A DNA stretch of 64,000 nucleotides from Takakia lepidozioides (GCA_030704615.1 CM060733.1:55676001-55740000); one strand, 5' to 3'. Positions 23,901 to 37,448 are shown, counted from the first letter of the stretch. Notes: generated by a model not told the origin, from the letters alone. Program-made: numbers and translations.

Positions 23901-26691
23901 AGACATGCACCACATGCCAACAAAACCGGAGCGAGTACAAAAAGCAAGCGGGGCTGTTACAACCCTTGCCGATTCCAGAGGGGACTTGGGAAAGCGTCTC
24001 GATGGATTTCATGACTGCTATGCCGCTGTCAAAAGGATTCGATGCAATCATGGTGGTGGTAGATAGGTTCAGTAAAATGGGCCATTTCATCCCCACCAAG
24101 GAGACGGCAACGGCGCAGAGACAGGCGACTTTACTTCGCCCACGTCTTAAAGCATCATGGAGTCCCGAAGGATATTGTCTCGGACCGCGATCCAAAGTTT
24201 ACGAGTAAATTCTGGAGCACTTTGGAAGAAGATGGGGACGAGGCTGAAGATGAGCACCGCCTTCCGACCTACGACGGACGGCCAAACGGAAAGAGTGAAT
24301 TCCGTAGTGAAGCAATTCTTGCGGAATTACGTGTCGGCAGACCAATCAGACTGGATGGAACACTTAGACGCGGCAGAGTTCTGTTATAATAACACAGAAC
24401 ACTCCGCAACGGGAGTTTCCCCTTTCGTATTGGTCTATGGAAAAGCACCTCTGGTGCCGACAAGTTGGGCCGCCCAGGACGTTGAGGAACCGGCAGTAGC
24501 GGCGGTACTGGAAGAACGCGAGCGTTTGTTGAAGCTCGCAAAGTACAACATTGCCAAAGCTAGGAAACGGTATGAAAGGCAGGCGAATCGGAAGCGGAGG
24601 GAAGTGAAGTTTGAGGCAGGCACAGAGGTCTGGTTGAACATCAAGAATTTCCGACTACCTCCGGAAGTGAGTCCGAAGTTCGTACCTCCGTATGCGGGAC
24701 CCTTTCGCATTCGGAAGGTTATGAATGAGGATGTGTATGAATTGGAGCTGCCGGCAAACAGCAAGGTGCACCCAGTATTCCATGTCTCCCTTTTGAAGCC
24801 TTACTTCAAAGATGAAGCGCGTCCGAATCGGCATCAAAGTGTTGCGTCCGCCACCTATGCTGTTGGATCATGAAAATGAACCTGAGTACGAGGTGGAGGC
24901 AATACTTAAGTCGAGGAGGTTCAGGAACCGAGAAACGGAGTATCTCGTCAAATGGAAGGGCTATCATCTGTGGAGGCATCTTGGGTGCGTGCCTCAGAAA
25001 TGGGAAACGCATCCGAGGCGTTGCAGCTTTCGAAGGGCGACCTCAAAAGCGGAAGAGCGTTGATGGGGACATCAACCTTGGAGCGTGGGGGAGGAAATGC
25101 ATGCTTAGCCCGGTTTAGCTAGCTCAGGAATCCGATTGCAAAAACTTGTATTGTACAAAATTTGTTATAAAGGAAATGGGTTCCAAATATTGTGCGTCCT
25201 ATTGTGTTTGGAATGGTGATGCATGGTGTGGTTGGCTAGTGTGTAGAATGCATGCTAGCTTACAAAAAGTGGGAGAGGTAAATTGGGTTAATCGTGTGTT
25301 TGCGCAGTGCCGAAATCGGGTGACTCCCATCCAAGGGGCAAGGAAACTTGCGCCTTCTTTGGGAGTTCACGTGCTAGTGCGCACCTGGCGCGTGCGCGTA
25401 CTATAACTGCGCTACCGAGGGGGTTGCCTTGTAGTGCGGGCTAACGCGGAAGCTACGTGCTTCCGTTCACGTACTATAATCGTGTAGCCTCGGACGAAGT
25501 CGTAGTGCGGCTTCGGCGTGTTCCCGTACCTCAGGCCAGCATTCCAAGGCGGACCCAATTGTAGTGATTGGGGCGCACGGTTGGTTCAAGGTTATCTTCC
25601 TAGTCAAAGAGGGTTCCAGGTGAACCCTTGCTCAAGGTGATGCCAAAAGCGGCATCATGAGCGATCGCAAGCAATGTTGTTGCAGTAAGGCGATTCGATC
25701 CTCGGGAGGATCGTTCCTTGGCCTTGAAGTAGGCCAAGAAGAGTGCACTGGGAGGAGCTGGAGAGGCTCCACCCTTGGCCGGGACTTGGAGGAAGTCGGC
25801 CGAACTAGCTAGTGGAGAGTAGAGTCAAGTGTGGGGTTTGGTTCTTTGCCATGGGACGCCATGGTACGGAAACAAACTCCTTGATGTGGGACGCCACAAC
25901 TTGGATGTTCGTTTCTACAAAATGGACAAGTCGATGAGGACATCGACTCCCTGTTGGTAGGGGTGTGTGTCGCGGCCCTTTGCCTTGAGGGCAGGGGGGT
26001 CGGGACACATGAGGGGCTGCCCCTGTGGGGGGGGCAGCGGCAGCGATAGGTATGGGGGGCTGAAGCACCCTTGAGTGCCCAAGGCACTCAGGAAGCGGAG
26101 GCGCTCACTAGGTGGAGCCCCGCACACCGGGTTGCGGTGGGGGTGGCTCCACAAGGGTGGTGGTAGCTTAGTGGGACTTAGTGGGGGTGGCATAGGACTC
26201 ACCATGGGGGGAGACCTCGTGGTGGGAGTCGTGGGGAGTCTTGGGACTCATCACGGTCCATAGGGGCCCGTGTGAGCGGGCCAAGACTCACCGCGACTCA
26301 CCACCGGAGTCGAGGGTTTTCGTGGTGGTTCGCCATAAAATGGCATGGCTGGTTGTGAAACCCCCGCGGACAGCTACAGAAGTATATATAGGGAGTAGTA
26401 ACCCCGAGAACGGTGCAAGCCCGTTGGTGACCAAAAACTAGTGAGTAAGCGAGCGAGCCGGAAAGCGACCAAAGAGTGGGGAGCTGTTCCGGACTGCCAT
26501 CTACTACCAAGGGAATTCTCCTAGTCCCAATTAGGTGGAGGGTTTAGAGGGAAGCGAAGGGGGGACCGTTATGTCCCGGTGAGCAGCCGAAGCTCCAAGT
26601 TGGTCGGGCGGCCAGGTTGGGAGTCAGGCGCGCGCATCAAAGCGAGTATTTATGACTTGAAGGGGAGCTTACCGAAGTGGGGTGCGCGACA
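20994..26691 (+). mobile_element. Chromoviral Ty3/gypsy element C nested in RT of B (TSD TGAGA)
   Basis: LTRs 20994-21710 and 25968-26691 (TGTCGCG...GACA). TGAGA lies at 20989-20993 and 26692-26696. PBS TGGTATCAGAGC (tRNA-iMet) at 21713. Confidence 0.95.
21762..25063 (+). pseudogene. Element C gag stub + pol (RT, RNase H, integrase, chromodomain)
   Basis: [66 protein letters not shown]...EYLVKWKGY. Most of gag and the protease N-half are absent near 21965. Confidence 0.9.
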
Positions 26692-29554
26692 TGAGAGGTC
26701 TGGGCTTGAATCCAAAGAAGTGTACTTTCTGTGTGAACTCAGGGGTGCTTTTGGGACACATTGTGTGTAATTGGGGACTTCTTGTGGATCCCAGGAAGAC
26801 AGAGTCCATTAAAGCCTCTCCACCACAAGTGAATGTTAAGAGTCTAAGGAGATTCCTTGGGCAAACCAGTTATTACAGAAGATTTGTCAAAAGGTATGCA
26901 CAAATAGCAGCACCATTGAGCAAGCTTCTGAAGAAAGATGCAGTGTTTGCCTGGACAGCTGAATGTCAACAGGCGTTTGAGGAACTTACACTGTCAGTAA
27001 CAACTACACCTGTGCTGATCAACCCTCAGTGGCAGGTAGTACTATGCTAGCAGGTTGATGAACAGTGCTGAAAGGAACTATAGCACAACTGAAAGAGAAG
27101 CATTGGCAATGATCTATGCAGTGAAGAAATTCAGGCATTACCTGTTGGGCAAGAAGTTTATGTTCTATGTGGATCACCAGGCTCTGATATACCTGGTAAA
27201 CAAACCTCTGATAAGCGGAAGAATAGCAAGATGGTTGATAATCTTGCACGAGTTTGAGTTCGAGGTTGTTTACAAGCCTGGGAGACTGCATCTTGTGGCG
27301 GATCACTTGTCACGGTTATCAACAGGAGAACCAGCCACAGGAATAGATGATCAATTACCAGATGCGAGTCTATTTGCAGTGGAGGTGCAGGGAAGTGCAG
27401 ATGACTGGTTAGATTGGCAGTGGCCAATCAGATACTACCTTGCTCATGGTCAGTGCCCACCTAGTTATGGTAAGGAGCAGAGGAAGAGAATCGCTATCAA
27501 AGCTTTACCTTATACTATGGTAGGAAGCAGAATGTATAAGCTAGGACCTGATGGAGTACTAAAACGATGCTTGTACCACCATGAAGTAAATAAAGTTTTG
27601 GAGGAAGTTCATAAAGGAGTGGCTGGAGGTCATTTTGGAGAAGAGACTACCAGTAGGAAGATACTACTCGCAGGTTACTGGTGGCCTACTTTGTTCAAAG
27701 ATGTACACGAGTATTGTCAGAGTTGTGATGAATGTCAGAGGCTAGGACCTTTGCAGAGATCTGGAAGGATGGCCTTGCATCCTACAATGCCTACGGAACC
27801 ATTTCAGAAATGGGGACTAGACTTTGTTGGACCAATTAACCCACCAGCCAAGAATACACGGAACAGGTACATAATTACAGCCACTGATTATACTACGAAG
27901 TGGGTGGAAGCTAAAGCTTTGAGGGACAACACAGCCAAGTCCACAGCAAGGTTCCTGTATGAGAACATACTTACACGATTTGGCTGTCCCTTAGAATTTA
28001 TCAGTGATCAGGGAAGTCACTTCATGAATGAGACCATTGAGTTGTTGACTAAAGAGTTCATGATTGTGCATAGAAAGAGTACAACATATTACCCACAGGG
28101 TAATGGGCAGGCAGAGGCTACCAACAAAATACTATGTACTATCTTGGCTAAGATAGTCAATGCAAACAGAACGGATTGGGATACAAAGCTGCTGACAGCT
28201 TTGTGGTCATACAGGACTTCATATAAGTCACCACTAAGTATACACCATTCCAATTAGTTTATGGTATGGAAGCCTTACTTCCAGTGGAATTCCTGTTACC
28301 TACCATGAAAACGGAGTGGGGAAAGAAAACATGAATTATACCATGTGGAAGAAGTACGTGCTGATGCAGCTGATAATATGACCAGAATTCAGATGAAGAG
28401 AAAGGAACAGTTTGATGAAGGCAAGTTAAAGACTTTTAAGACGGGGGATTTGGTTCTATGGTTGCAGAAGAAAGGAAAGATTAAAGCTTCTAAGCTTAAA
28501 TCACCCTGGAAAGGACCTTATGTCATACAAAAGATGTATGATAACAACACCGCCATGTTACAAACCATTAACAAAGAATGCTGGGAAGAGTCAATGCCAA
28601 TAAGTTGAAGGGATACAGTGGTATCCATGACAAACCATTGCAGCATGATTTGCATGTTGAAACGCAAAAGCAGTCACGGGCTGCACCAGTGTTACCAACG
28701 GAGTATGGAGCACTTGTCGTAGGCCAAGCATATATGACCAGGGCGGGCAAGAACAAGCACAGCCTATCACATCACGACGTGCAGCCTATCACAGCCCATG
28801 AGCCTATCACAGCCCATCACAGCCTATCACAGCCCAGCACGGCGCAACACAGCCTATCACAACCTACCACCGCGTGTCACAGCTTCACAGCGTACCACAG
28901 TATGACACAGCCTGTCACAGCTCAACACAGCCTACTAGGTTACACGATCCATAGAATCAGTGACAGGTGGACGCACAATAACTTCAGGAAAATGGCTGAC
29001 AAGAAAGACGGAAACCAGTTTAAAATAGACACGTGGAAGTCAGGGCGCGACACACAGCTGAGAAGGAAGTGCAAGAACAGGTGTCATCAAGAAAGAAGAC
29101 AAGAATGGCCGTCAAAATACCTAATCAGCGCGTCAAATTGGATGAAAGGCGGGCCCATTAATGAATACGGAAAAAGGGAACGGAACAAACGGCAAGTACA
29201 GAAAAGCGAAATTCTTGTCACATGTGTGATCCTAGTGGACTATCCAGCAGGGAAAGTCCACTAAAGAAAATAAATCTAAAATCCAGTCACAGCGGTTACA
29301 GCCAATAGAAAGCCAGAGAAAGGATCAAGAAATTGGAGGGAAATTAAGCGCAAGAGGCGGCGTCGTTCTGAGTAACGGGCGTCTCGACGGGACAGACCAT
29401 CAATGCTATAGCTTGGAAACTATGGAGGAACTAACAGACTATACGCTCGCAATATTACTTACGCAGTGGCATAGACACGAAAGAACAGAGCGGAGCTTTT
29501 CTCTTGAGCGATGCTTGCAAGCCCCGCAGGCTTACAAGAAATTACCCATAGCTT

Positions 29555-32500
29555 TTGTGGCAACCATACGTTTATGCTTTGTGCACTACAGGCATTTCTG
29601 CAGTTGTTACAGCCAAAACATTTCTGTGGTCTAAAATGAAGAGAGTGAGAGGAATGGAGGAAATCAGGGTGAAGAGCACCACAATTCTGCAGAAACAAAC
29701 GATTGCTACCCCACAGGCGATACAGATACTGAAGGAGCTGAGATTGCAAGGATTGCAAAGCATAGATTGGACATTGCACCATAGACAGTACATGTTACAA
29801 TTCTTGCAGAACTTTGAGCCAAGGACAGGAACAACAACGGTGAAGGGAGTTGAATTAGTAATTACTCCCCTATACCTCCAGCAATTGTTTCGATTGCCAG
29901 CAGGTCAGGTGCATGTGGAGGAGCACAGGGCAAGACTGCAAATAGGGGACTTATTCCAAGAAGGGAGTTTCTTTAAAACTCAGGGTTATGCTTGTACCAA
30001 GGCCGTGTACCCAGGGCTAAAGGAGGTAGGCCAGGTATTGAACGTTCTGATTGCCATGAAACAGAACCAACAGTATTTGAGCAGATCCTTCACGGAGGAA
30101 ATACTCAAAGCCCTGAAGGACAAGAGGTAGAATGGGCGGACATAATGTACAACGCACTGGTAGAGGAGATGAAAAGATTACAAGGTACTACCGCAAAGTC
30201 TCCTATCATAGTGTCTGGCCCAATCATTGCTCAAATAATTCTTGATTCTGGCATACTTGATGCGCAAGAAAGAAAGGAGATGGGAGTGTTTGAGCCAGAA
30301 ACCACTGCAATGGAAGAGCAAGGCTCTTCACACAGTGAGGGTGGACTAGCAGGGCAACCCGAGACTAAGAGGCAGAGACGGGGAAAGACTGTAGTGGCGG
30401 ATCCACTGGCTTCACGGATTCCGCATGATAATGTTTCCCAAGCTCATGTGCAGGAAGGGGCACAGCAGCACAGAGAACTGCTATTACTGGAAGCAGGACC
30501 TTCAGAGAGGGAAGAGGAAGTTACTTCAGTATCACACCATCACAGCCACTGATCGGCTTGTCACAAGGTTACAAGTTGTCCATGCAGCTCAACCAGAAAT
30601 AATTGATTTGGAAAAAGAAGGGTTAGATATTCCAACTACAGAACAGATAGTGGCAGAAATTGAGAAGGGGGACCTTCTCTATGAATATTCTGGTCTGGTC
30701 AAGGAGACAGAGATTCCAGAGGTGCAACAGTTGCCAAGGAAATCCTGAGGTGCATATAATACACACACCTGTGTCGGAGGTACCACAGGTAGAATGTCAA
30801 GACACTGCGCACCGGTGATGGATGAAGTGGTTCAGGAAGAAAATCCGGTGGGACAATGGCCTGAGTGGTTCGTGAGACATCACACGGTTGAGGATCAGGA
30901 GGAACAGCAGCAACCTCACCATGATGACCCTCAACAGGCAATGCTGATGAGTTCCATAGGCAGGACACTTAATTTGTTGGGGACTTATGTCAAATCCCAT
31001 GTTCCAACTACCCAATTGACAGCCTTGAGAGAGGAACTCAGGAAGGAGTTTGAGGCTCGACTAGCCACTGAGTGTGCAAACAAGGTCGATGAGAGGTCAC
31101 TCTCAAGAGCAGCAAAATACAGAAGCGGCTTTGCAATTGGCCAAGGAACAATTGATTGAGGCAGGCCTCGCGCAAGACCAGTTGCACGAAGCACATAAGC
31201 AACAGCTATACCAAATGCAGGTGCAGCATGAAAGCAAGTTGCAAGAAGTGAATGCACTACATACGGAGTTGCAGACAGTGCATGACAGGATGGCGATACA
31301 ATGTGCTACATTCACAACTATGCTTGACCAATCTACAAAAGAAATAAACAGTCAAGCGGAAAAATGTACGAAGGCAGAAGAAGAGAATGTTGAGCAAATG
31401 AAACTCATTGTCGATATGAAGAATACAATCTGTCGCAATGAGGATACTTTCAAGCAACAGGCAGGTTGAAGCTGACCAAGAGAAGCACATCCTGGAGTTG
31501 CAACAAACGCTCGTGGCCAATAGAAATGAAATCTCGGTCACTAACAAGGCTTGGAAGGAAGCCAATAATCTACTTGCTGCCTATGCGAATTTGGTTGAAC
31601 CTCATGCGAAGCGCATGGAGGCTTTACAACAGCAGTTAGAAATGTACAAACTCAGAGAGGAGCACACTCTCAGAGGAACCACAAGCAACTTGGTGGATAA
31701 CAGCCTTATGCAGGTCTGGTTAGCACAAGGGCCAGTGGAGGGCAAAGCACCACGAAGCTCACCCAAAGCGAGATGAATGAGCTCAGACTGCAAGTGCAGA
31801 ACATTGCCACAACTACTATAGACAATGTCTATAGTAGGATAGCAGAGTTACAGGAGGATGTAGACGGACTGCAGACTCAAGTGGAGGACCTCACTTCAAA
31901 TATCGACAAAAGAGTCTATATCCCTCAGGAACAGCTAATGGCTTCTTATTTACAAGCCAGAACTTTGGCTTTTCAGTCTTCACAGGAGGTGCAGGAGATG
32001 CCAATGATACAAGAGCCAGTACCACCAACACCACAACAAGTCACTGTACCAGTAGCTGAACCTGTTGTTACTACAACCACACCACAGCCACCACAGCCTG
32101 AGGTATGGGGCAATGCTGCTTTTAACCCACCTAAAACTCCAGCTGCAAGGGAGTACAGTAGGGCTATGATTATGCCCTTCAACCAAATTCCCATCATGTT
32201 GGATTTGGCTTGGAAAGAATTTAGTCCTCCGCAGTCATTCGCACATTACTACCAAATCATGCGTATTTGGCTGCCAGTGGCAACTAGGACTAAAGTTCTT
32301 CCGAACAATCGACATATTGAGGATCATCACTTTGCACAATACTGGCATGAGGCAAGTACAATGTTGAAGGAATTAATTGCTTCCAAGTTGTACATGGATT
32401 CATTTATACCAAGACCAAGGAGGTAGCAAGTATTGTCATGGGATGCGGGTTATACTACGCTGTTTTCTGGTACGTTATCACATTGAGCAGCACAAAAGAT

Positions 32501-33163
32501 GCAAGCGCGCTTTCTGAGTTATTCCAGTGGAGATCATTGGGTCTTACCTTCAGTGCCACCTCATATGTACCTATATGAGGCAAAAGTTATGATGCAAAAG
32601 GATTCTCAAATTCGTTCATGGTTTCAAGCGGCCTGGAACAATTTGTCAACACAGAAATTCGGCATTGATGATATTTTCTATAAGGGACATGTGGCATGGA
32701 AATACTTGCACGTGCACAAGTAATTGGTACCCCACTCACCTGGACAGACAAGGAGCTCAGTGTCTTCACCAATTTTGCTGTTCAGCGTTTACAGCAAGTT
32801 GTAAAATATAAACTTCCAGACATGGTAGGACAACATTGTATGCCCAGAGGATTCCACAAAAAGTTCGACAATTAAAACACCTGAGAGGCGATGAGGATTC
32901 TGATACAACTGTTTCTTCAGCGGATTCTTTTGACATGGGAGAAGACTATGCAATTCAGATGGCAGAAGAAGAAGCGACGGGGGTCTCCTATGCCTGAAAG
33001 GTTACCTCGATATCAGCCTCCAGAGGGCCTCACTTATCCGGGTAGTGTTCAAACATCTCCGTCAACCAGTGACAGACCTCGGGCTCGTACACACAGTCCG
33101 CCACGAAACTCTCAACGTCAGAAAGGTGCTCACTCACAAAGGTTTGCTAATCGCAATCAGTAA
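29555..33163 (+). pseudogene. Element B extra 3' ORF (plant-transposon-protein-like N-terminus, coiled coil, unknown C-terminal domain), frameshifted
   Basis: Chain of overlapping sense ORFs between integrase and PPT: QFLQNF...TVKGVELVITP...QLFRLP and Q/E-rich heptads. The 3' half recurs at 49559-51224. Confidence 0.65.
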
Positions 33164-33201
33164 ACCGTGAGGACACGGCTTTTTGAGAGGGGAAGGGGTA
33201 A

Positions 33202-34047
33202 TGTTAGAGGACTGTCTGGGACTTAGACACTTATACGGGATCTGTAGGGTACCCTTAATTTTTGCACAGACTGAGACCAACAGGAGCCTTAGGGGTGACA
33301 GCAGCGCACTGTAGGGGGGGTTACACATCACAGCCAACACAGCCCACACAGTCAGCCGACACAGCCACACCACAGTCGTCACAGGTCACAGCCGACACAG
33401 CCACACAGCCAGTCACAGCCGACACAGCCAACACACACAGCCAGTCACAGCCCGTCACAGTTCACACAGCCAGTCACACTTGACACAGCTGTCACGACCA
33501 TAGGGAAAGAGAGCAGGACAGGAACGACTGTGGGGAACAACACTGCAAATGGAACATGTTAGTTCACAGACGACGGTTAGTGAGGAAACGGTTAGAGCCA
33601 CGGTAGGAAGATAAAGGGAGAAGCAAGGACTTTTGGACTTCGGTTGGAGGACGGGGATCGGGCGGAGATTGAAGGAGGAGAGATGATTAGATGCTTGTTA
33701 TATGCATTGTAAGCAGATTAGAGAGACAATGGCTTCGGCCTGATACTGATAAATCATAATCTGATACTTATACGATACAATCACACTGTGTAGAGAGATC
33801 TGAGTGAAGCTGTGGAATGAATGGATGAGTTGAAGGAATCCGATAGATTGATGAAGCAAACTGATACTTAATTATCAATGGTAAGGTAGCTAACATGAAT
33901 GTGGAAAGGAAACAAATAGGAAACACCCCCATGATACACTAGCTGTAGGTCATGACTGAAGCGGGCTGAGTACTTAGAGATTTCCAACTCTTCTATCTTG
34001 GAGTTTCCGCCTCGGATAGCGAAGGGATGAGTAAAAGCCGCGCGAGA
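33202..34047 (+). repeat. Element B-family LTR2 (variant subtype), preceded by PPT at 33185-33198
   Basis: TGTTAGAG...GCGCGAGA. Differs from LTR1/LTR3 by diagnostic indels around 33630-33720. Confidence 0.92.
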
Positions 34048-34800
34048 CCCGTATTACCTTTTTTTTGGCATACGATAAATTGCATTACATTGAAACAAGC
34101 AGGCAACATTAAGATGAGCGGTCCCTGAGGGGAAACTTTTGCAATGACTCTCCAGCTTAACATGATAATGAATGTTGTAACAAACAAGGCAGCGGCGAAG
34201 TATGATTGTGGTTCCGAAGGCGTCAAGATTGGTTTTTTCGCAGGGGGGCCCATCGGGGTAATTTGAACTAGCCTACAGGGATTAAACATGTTGTTTTTGT
34301 GTTGTGGACCCGGTGAAATTGGGTCTCCCCATACGGGGCCTGCGTGGGGGCTGCTATTTCATGAGCCATGAGCGGCATGAGCCATGAGCAGAGTCGTAAG
34401 TGTGGAAAAAAACATGAGCAGCACTATTTCCGGAAATGAGTGTCCGCGGGAATAGGGTTTAGGGTGCCACGGTCATAGGGGGAGAAGGACCTCCCGATGA
34501 AGGAGGTTCGGCAATGTTATTTAGAATTATATATTGAAAGGCAATGTTTCGCGAATGGTAGGGTGGTACTGCTCTGTACAATGGGGGCCCATTTCAGCCT
34601 ACCAGCCACTTGCAAAATCCACCCACACTCCCAATCCCAAACGAAATGAGCAATGACGCATTCTCGGAACGATGGACACAGAATAGAATAAAAAGAGGGC
34701 ACAATGAGGTTTTTATTGATCCACATGAATTGCATTTGAAGCACGTCTACTGTGCTGATTGTGCCATCAAATCTTGAGCCCTGTGCCTACTGAATACAAG

Positions 34801-35420
34801 TCACGTTGTCAATGGGACTTCGACTGCTCTCAGAACTAGCTCATGAGTCATGGGGCTCCTCCATGTAAAGTCGATTGCAGCCGTTGTACCGCCCCTAGTG
34901 ATGTTCACCACAATGTCCTGCCCTTCAATCATACCACCATCGAATATGGAAATCTTCACGTTTTCGTCGTCCACACCAATGCGAATGTCCCCATACAATG
35001 GAGAAGAGGAGCGCACTCCTTGAGGAGAATAGGTCTCTCCGATGGAGTCCACCCACGTCCAGTGGCAGCAGTTCCACCGCAACAGCATAGCAGTGCGCCT
35101 TCTTCTGCATGGGTGACCGTCGTAGCTGGGAAAATCGGAATCGAGGATGCGCAGGAGCCACGGACTCCTCAGACCAAGATCGTCACCCCGCTCGAAGGCG
35201 TAGTGGCCGATGCTGTGCCGATTGCATAATCGATGCCTCCAAATGGGCAGTCGTCCCGGTTCCGGAAGCACGCATCCTTGCAAAGGAGGACCTGAGGACG
35301 ACTTGGATGACAATGACCTTGCGGACAGCTACGAAGCCCTTAGATTTTGGAAATGATGCGAAGCGGAAGAGCAGTCCGGCCTCCAATAATGGAGCATCTG
35401 GGTCCCACGTACCCACCGAC
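34801..35420 (-). pseudogene. MULE cargo ORF A, unknown function (paralog of ORF B), frameshifted
   Basis: KDACFRNRDDCPFGGIDYA; GHYAFERG; PWLLRILDSDFPS; RWNCCHWT; FDGGMIEGQDIVV. Confidence 0.65.
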
Positions 35421-35671
35421 GGAGGTGGATGAACCCATACATCTTTCTCATCAACAAGTTATAGTTTGAGATCTGCCACCGAAGTCCATCCCCCCGGATG
35501 GAAATTCGGCGCCGCATTTACATCGAAGAGGGGATGGACTTCGTCGTGTCCAGTGGCTATCGGCCCACCTGGCAGTGCCCATAGTTTGCATGGCAGGGTA
35601 GGAAACTGAAACGGCTACATTCATGCAGCAGCCAATTCATCGGTCCAGGATCCTGTAGGGGGGAAATTTAA

Positions 35672-36393
35672 ATGTGCCCTGGAGTGTTTGTGAGGAATTG
35701 CAGCGTTAGCTTGAACTTTTTCCAGCCACCGCGCTGCTCCTCCTCCATCCGGGAGCTGCTGTCATTGCGTACTCCGCTACTCTTTTTCAAGGATGCGTGC
35801 CGCCGAAATCCAGCCGACTGCCCTTATCATGGCCACGATTATGCTATGTTCAAACCAGAATCAGGAGACATCATTGTCTGGCTCTCTGTTTTCACAGACG
35901 CTGCTGGAATCAAGCAAGAGTCTTTGCGCGCAATGGAGTATCTGGAGGGCTATTACCGCTTTGAGCGAGGTGAGGGCGAGGGTCAATGCGGTCCGTGGGT
36001 CCTGAAAATTGTTGACCTCGATATACCAAGCTGGAAAGGGATGCCGGACAGATCACGCACGGCCTCGCTTTGGCGCTGGAACTGCTGCCAGTGGACCAGG
36101 GAGGACGGCACCGGGGAAAACTATATACGTGCAGATCACTCCGCTCTTCCAGTGTATACATTCGGCTGAGTTGCGAAGACGAATCGCACGGGCACATGAG
36201 GCCCACAGTGACCTTGTCAATGTATGATGGTGGTATCATTGATGGACATGACATTGTCGTCGGCTCCAGCAAGGGCAGCAGAACGACCGAATTGCAGTTT
36301 ACCTCGAGGTGCCGCAGCAGTGATGAGCTTGTTTTGAGGGTATCGAAGTTCCGTCGACTTGGTGAAGCCCATGTAGAAGGAGGAAGGGCTTAG
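35672..36393 (+). CDS. MULE cargo ORF B, unknown function (one frameshift near 36150)
   Basis: KDACRRNPADCPYHGHDYA; GYYRFERG; PWVLKIVDLDIPS; RWNCCQWT; YDGGIIDGHDIVV. Confidence 0.65.
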
Positions 36394-36619
36394 TTTTGTC
36401 TGCAGTTGGTAAATGTGAGACATCGTGTCCGATCAATAAACCCATCGTACCTCACTTCTGTATGATTGTGTTTCATTCTGTTGAATAACTGTCGGAATTG
36501 GCCCACTGTTTACAATTTGATGTCTCATTTCTACAATGTGTCTGTCCGGATGAATATAGCAGAGTAACCGGTATGTGAGTCATGTGTCAAGAATATACCA
36601 GAGTAACGCCATGTCGGAC

Positions 36620-37312
36620 ATTGAAATGCGGCCGCATTTCCATGTGGGACAAGAAATGCGGTGCATCATTTCCGTCCAGGTACACGAAATACCAACACGG
36701 GTCTATAAATTGACAGAAACGAGGTTGGCATTGCAAATGCGGCGACGCATTTCCAGCTTGGCAATGGAAACTTCTTTTTGGACAAGGGAATGCGGTGCCG
36801 CATTTCCGTCCAACACTTCGAAAAGTGTGACATTTCCGACCAGCGCGATGGAATGCGTTACCGCATTTCCGAGAGAGGGTCTGCAAATGGACAAATTGCG
36901 ATGTCCGTTCTGGAAATGCGGCGCCGCATTTCCATGTCCGTCATCGACTTTTTTTTTTACAATGGAATGCGGTGCCAATTTTTGCTGATGGGCCTGCAGT
37001 TCGAACAACGACCATCCCCAATATGGAAATGCGGCACCGCATTTTCAATTCCGCCATCTCGACCTCCTTGTTCGACCTCCTTGTTCGACCTCTGTAAGCG
37101 TGGTGGCATCCATGCAATGAGCGGGAGAGGCCAAAACTGGCGTGTGGACAAAGGAAATTTTGGAAATGCGGCACCGCATTTCCAACGATTACTTTTTACT
37201 ATGCCAACATTGAAATGGAAAATTTAGTCCCTCCCCTGTTTTGGAAATGCGGTGCCGCATTTCCAAAAGAGGTTCTTAGAGTTGCCAAAATTTTGGAAAT
37301 GCGGTGCCCCTC
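36620..37312. repeat. Second array (~11 copies) of the GGAAATGCGG-YR-CCGCATTTCC palindrome, irregular non-repeating spacers
   Basis: Copies near 36623, 36735, 36787, 36850, 36912, 36964, 37025, 37162, 37243. Confidence 0.9.
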
Positions 37313-37448
37313 TGATTTTGGGAGCGTCGTGGTTTGGCGATTGTGTGGCTGGAATGCACACTGGAGAGGGGTCACGAATGTCGGGCAGAATTTCCTTTAT
37401 ATACTCTGGAAGAGAATTTACATTTACAGAGACTTCATTAAAATTCTA

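Larger units (their letters stand above)
17080..28608 (+). pseudogene. Element B gag-pol (gag with CCHC knuckles, protease, RT split by element C, RNase H, integrase)
   Basis: YSGKGDPDVHI; CAKCQNEGH/CTICKMDNH; LIDGGSGVN; FMDGFSGYNQ; FYVDHQAL; HHCC, WGLDFVGP, SDQGSHF, GNGQAE; GPY. Frameshifted, and the N-terminal part of RNase H is missing near 27035. Confidence 0.9.

Noticed and set aside
28578-29264. 228-aa ORF after the integrase
   Set aside because: Largely read-through of the CACAGC repeat region, with no recognisable domain.
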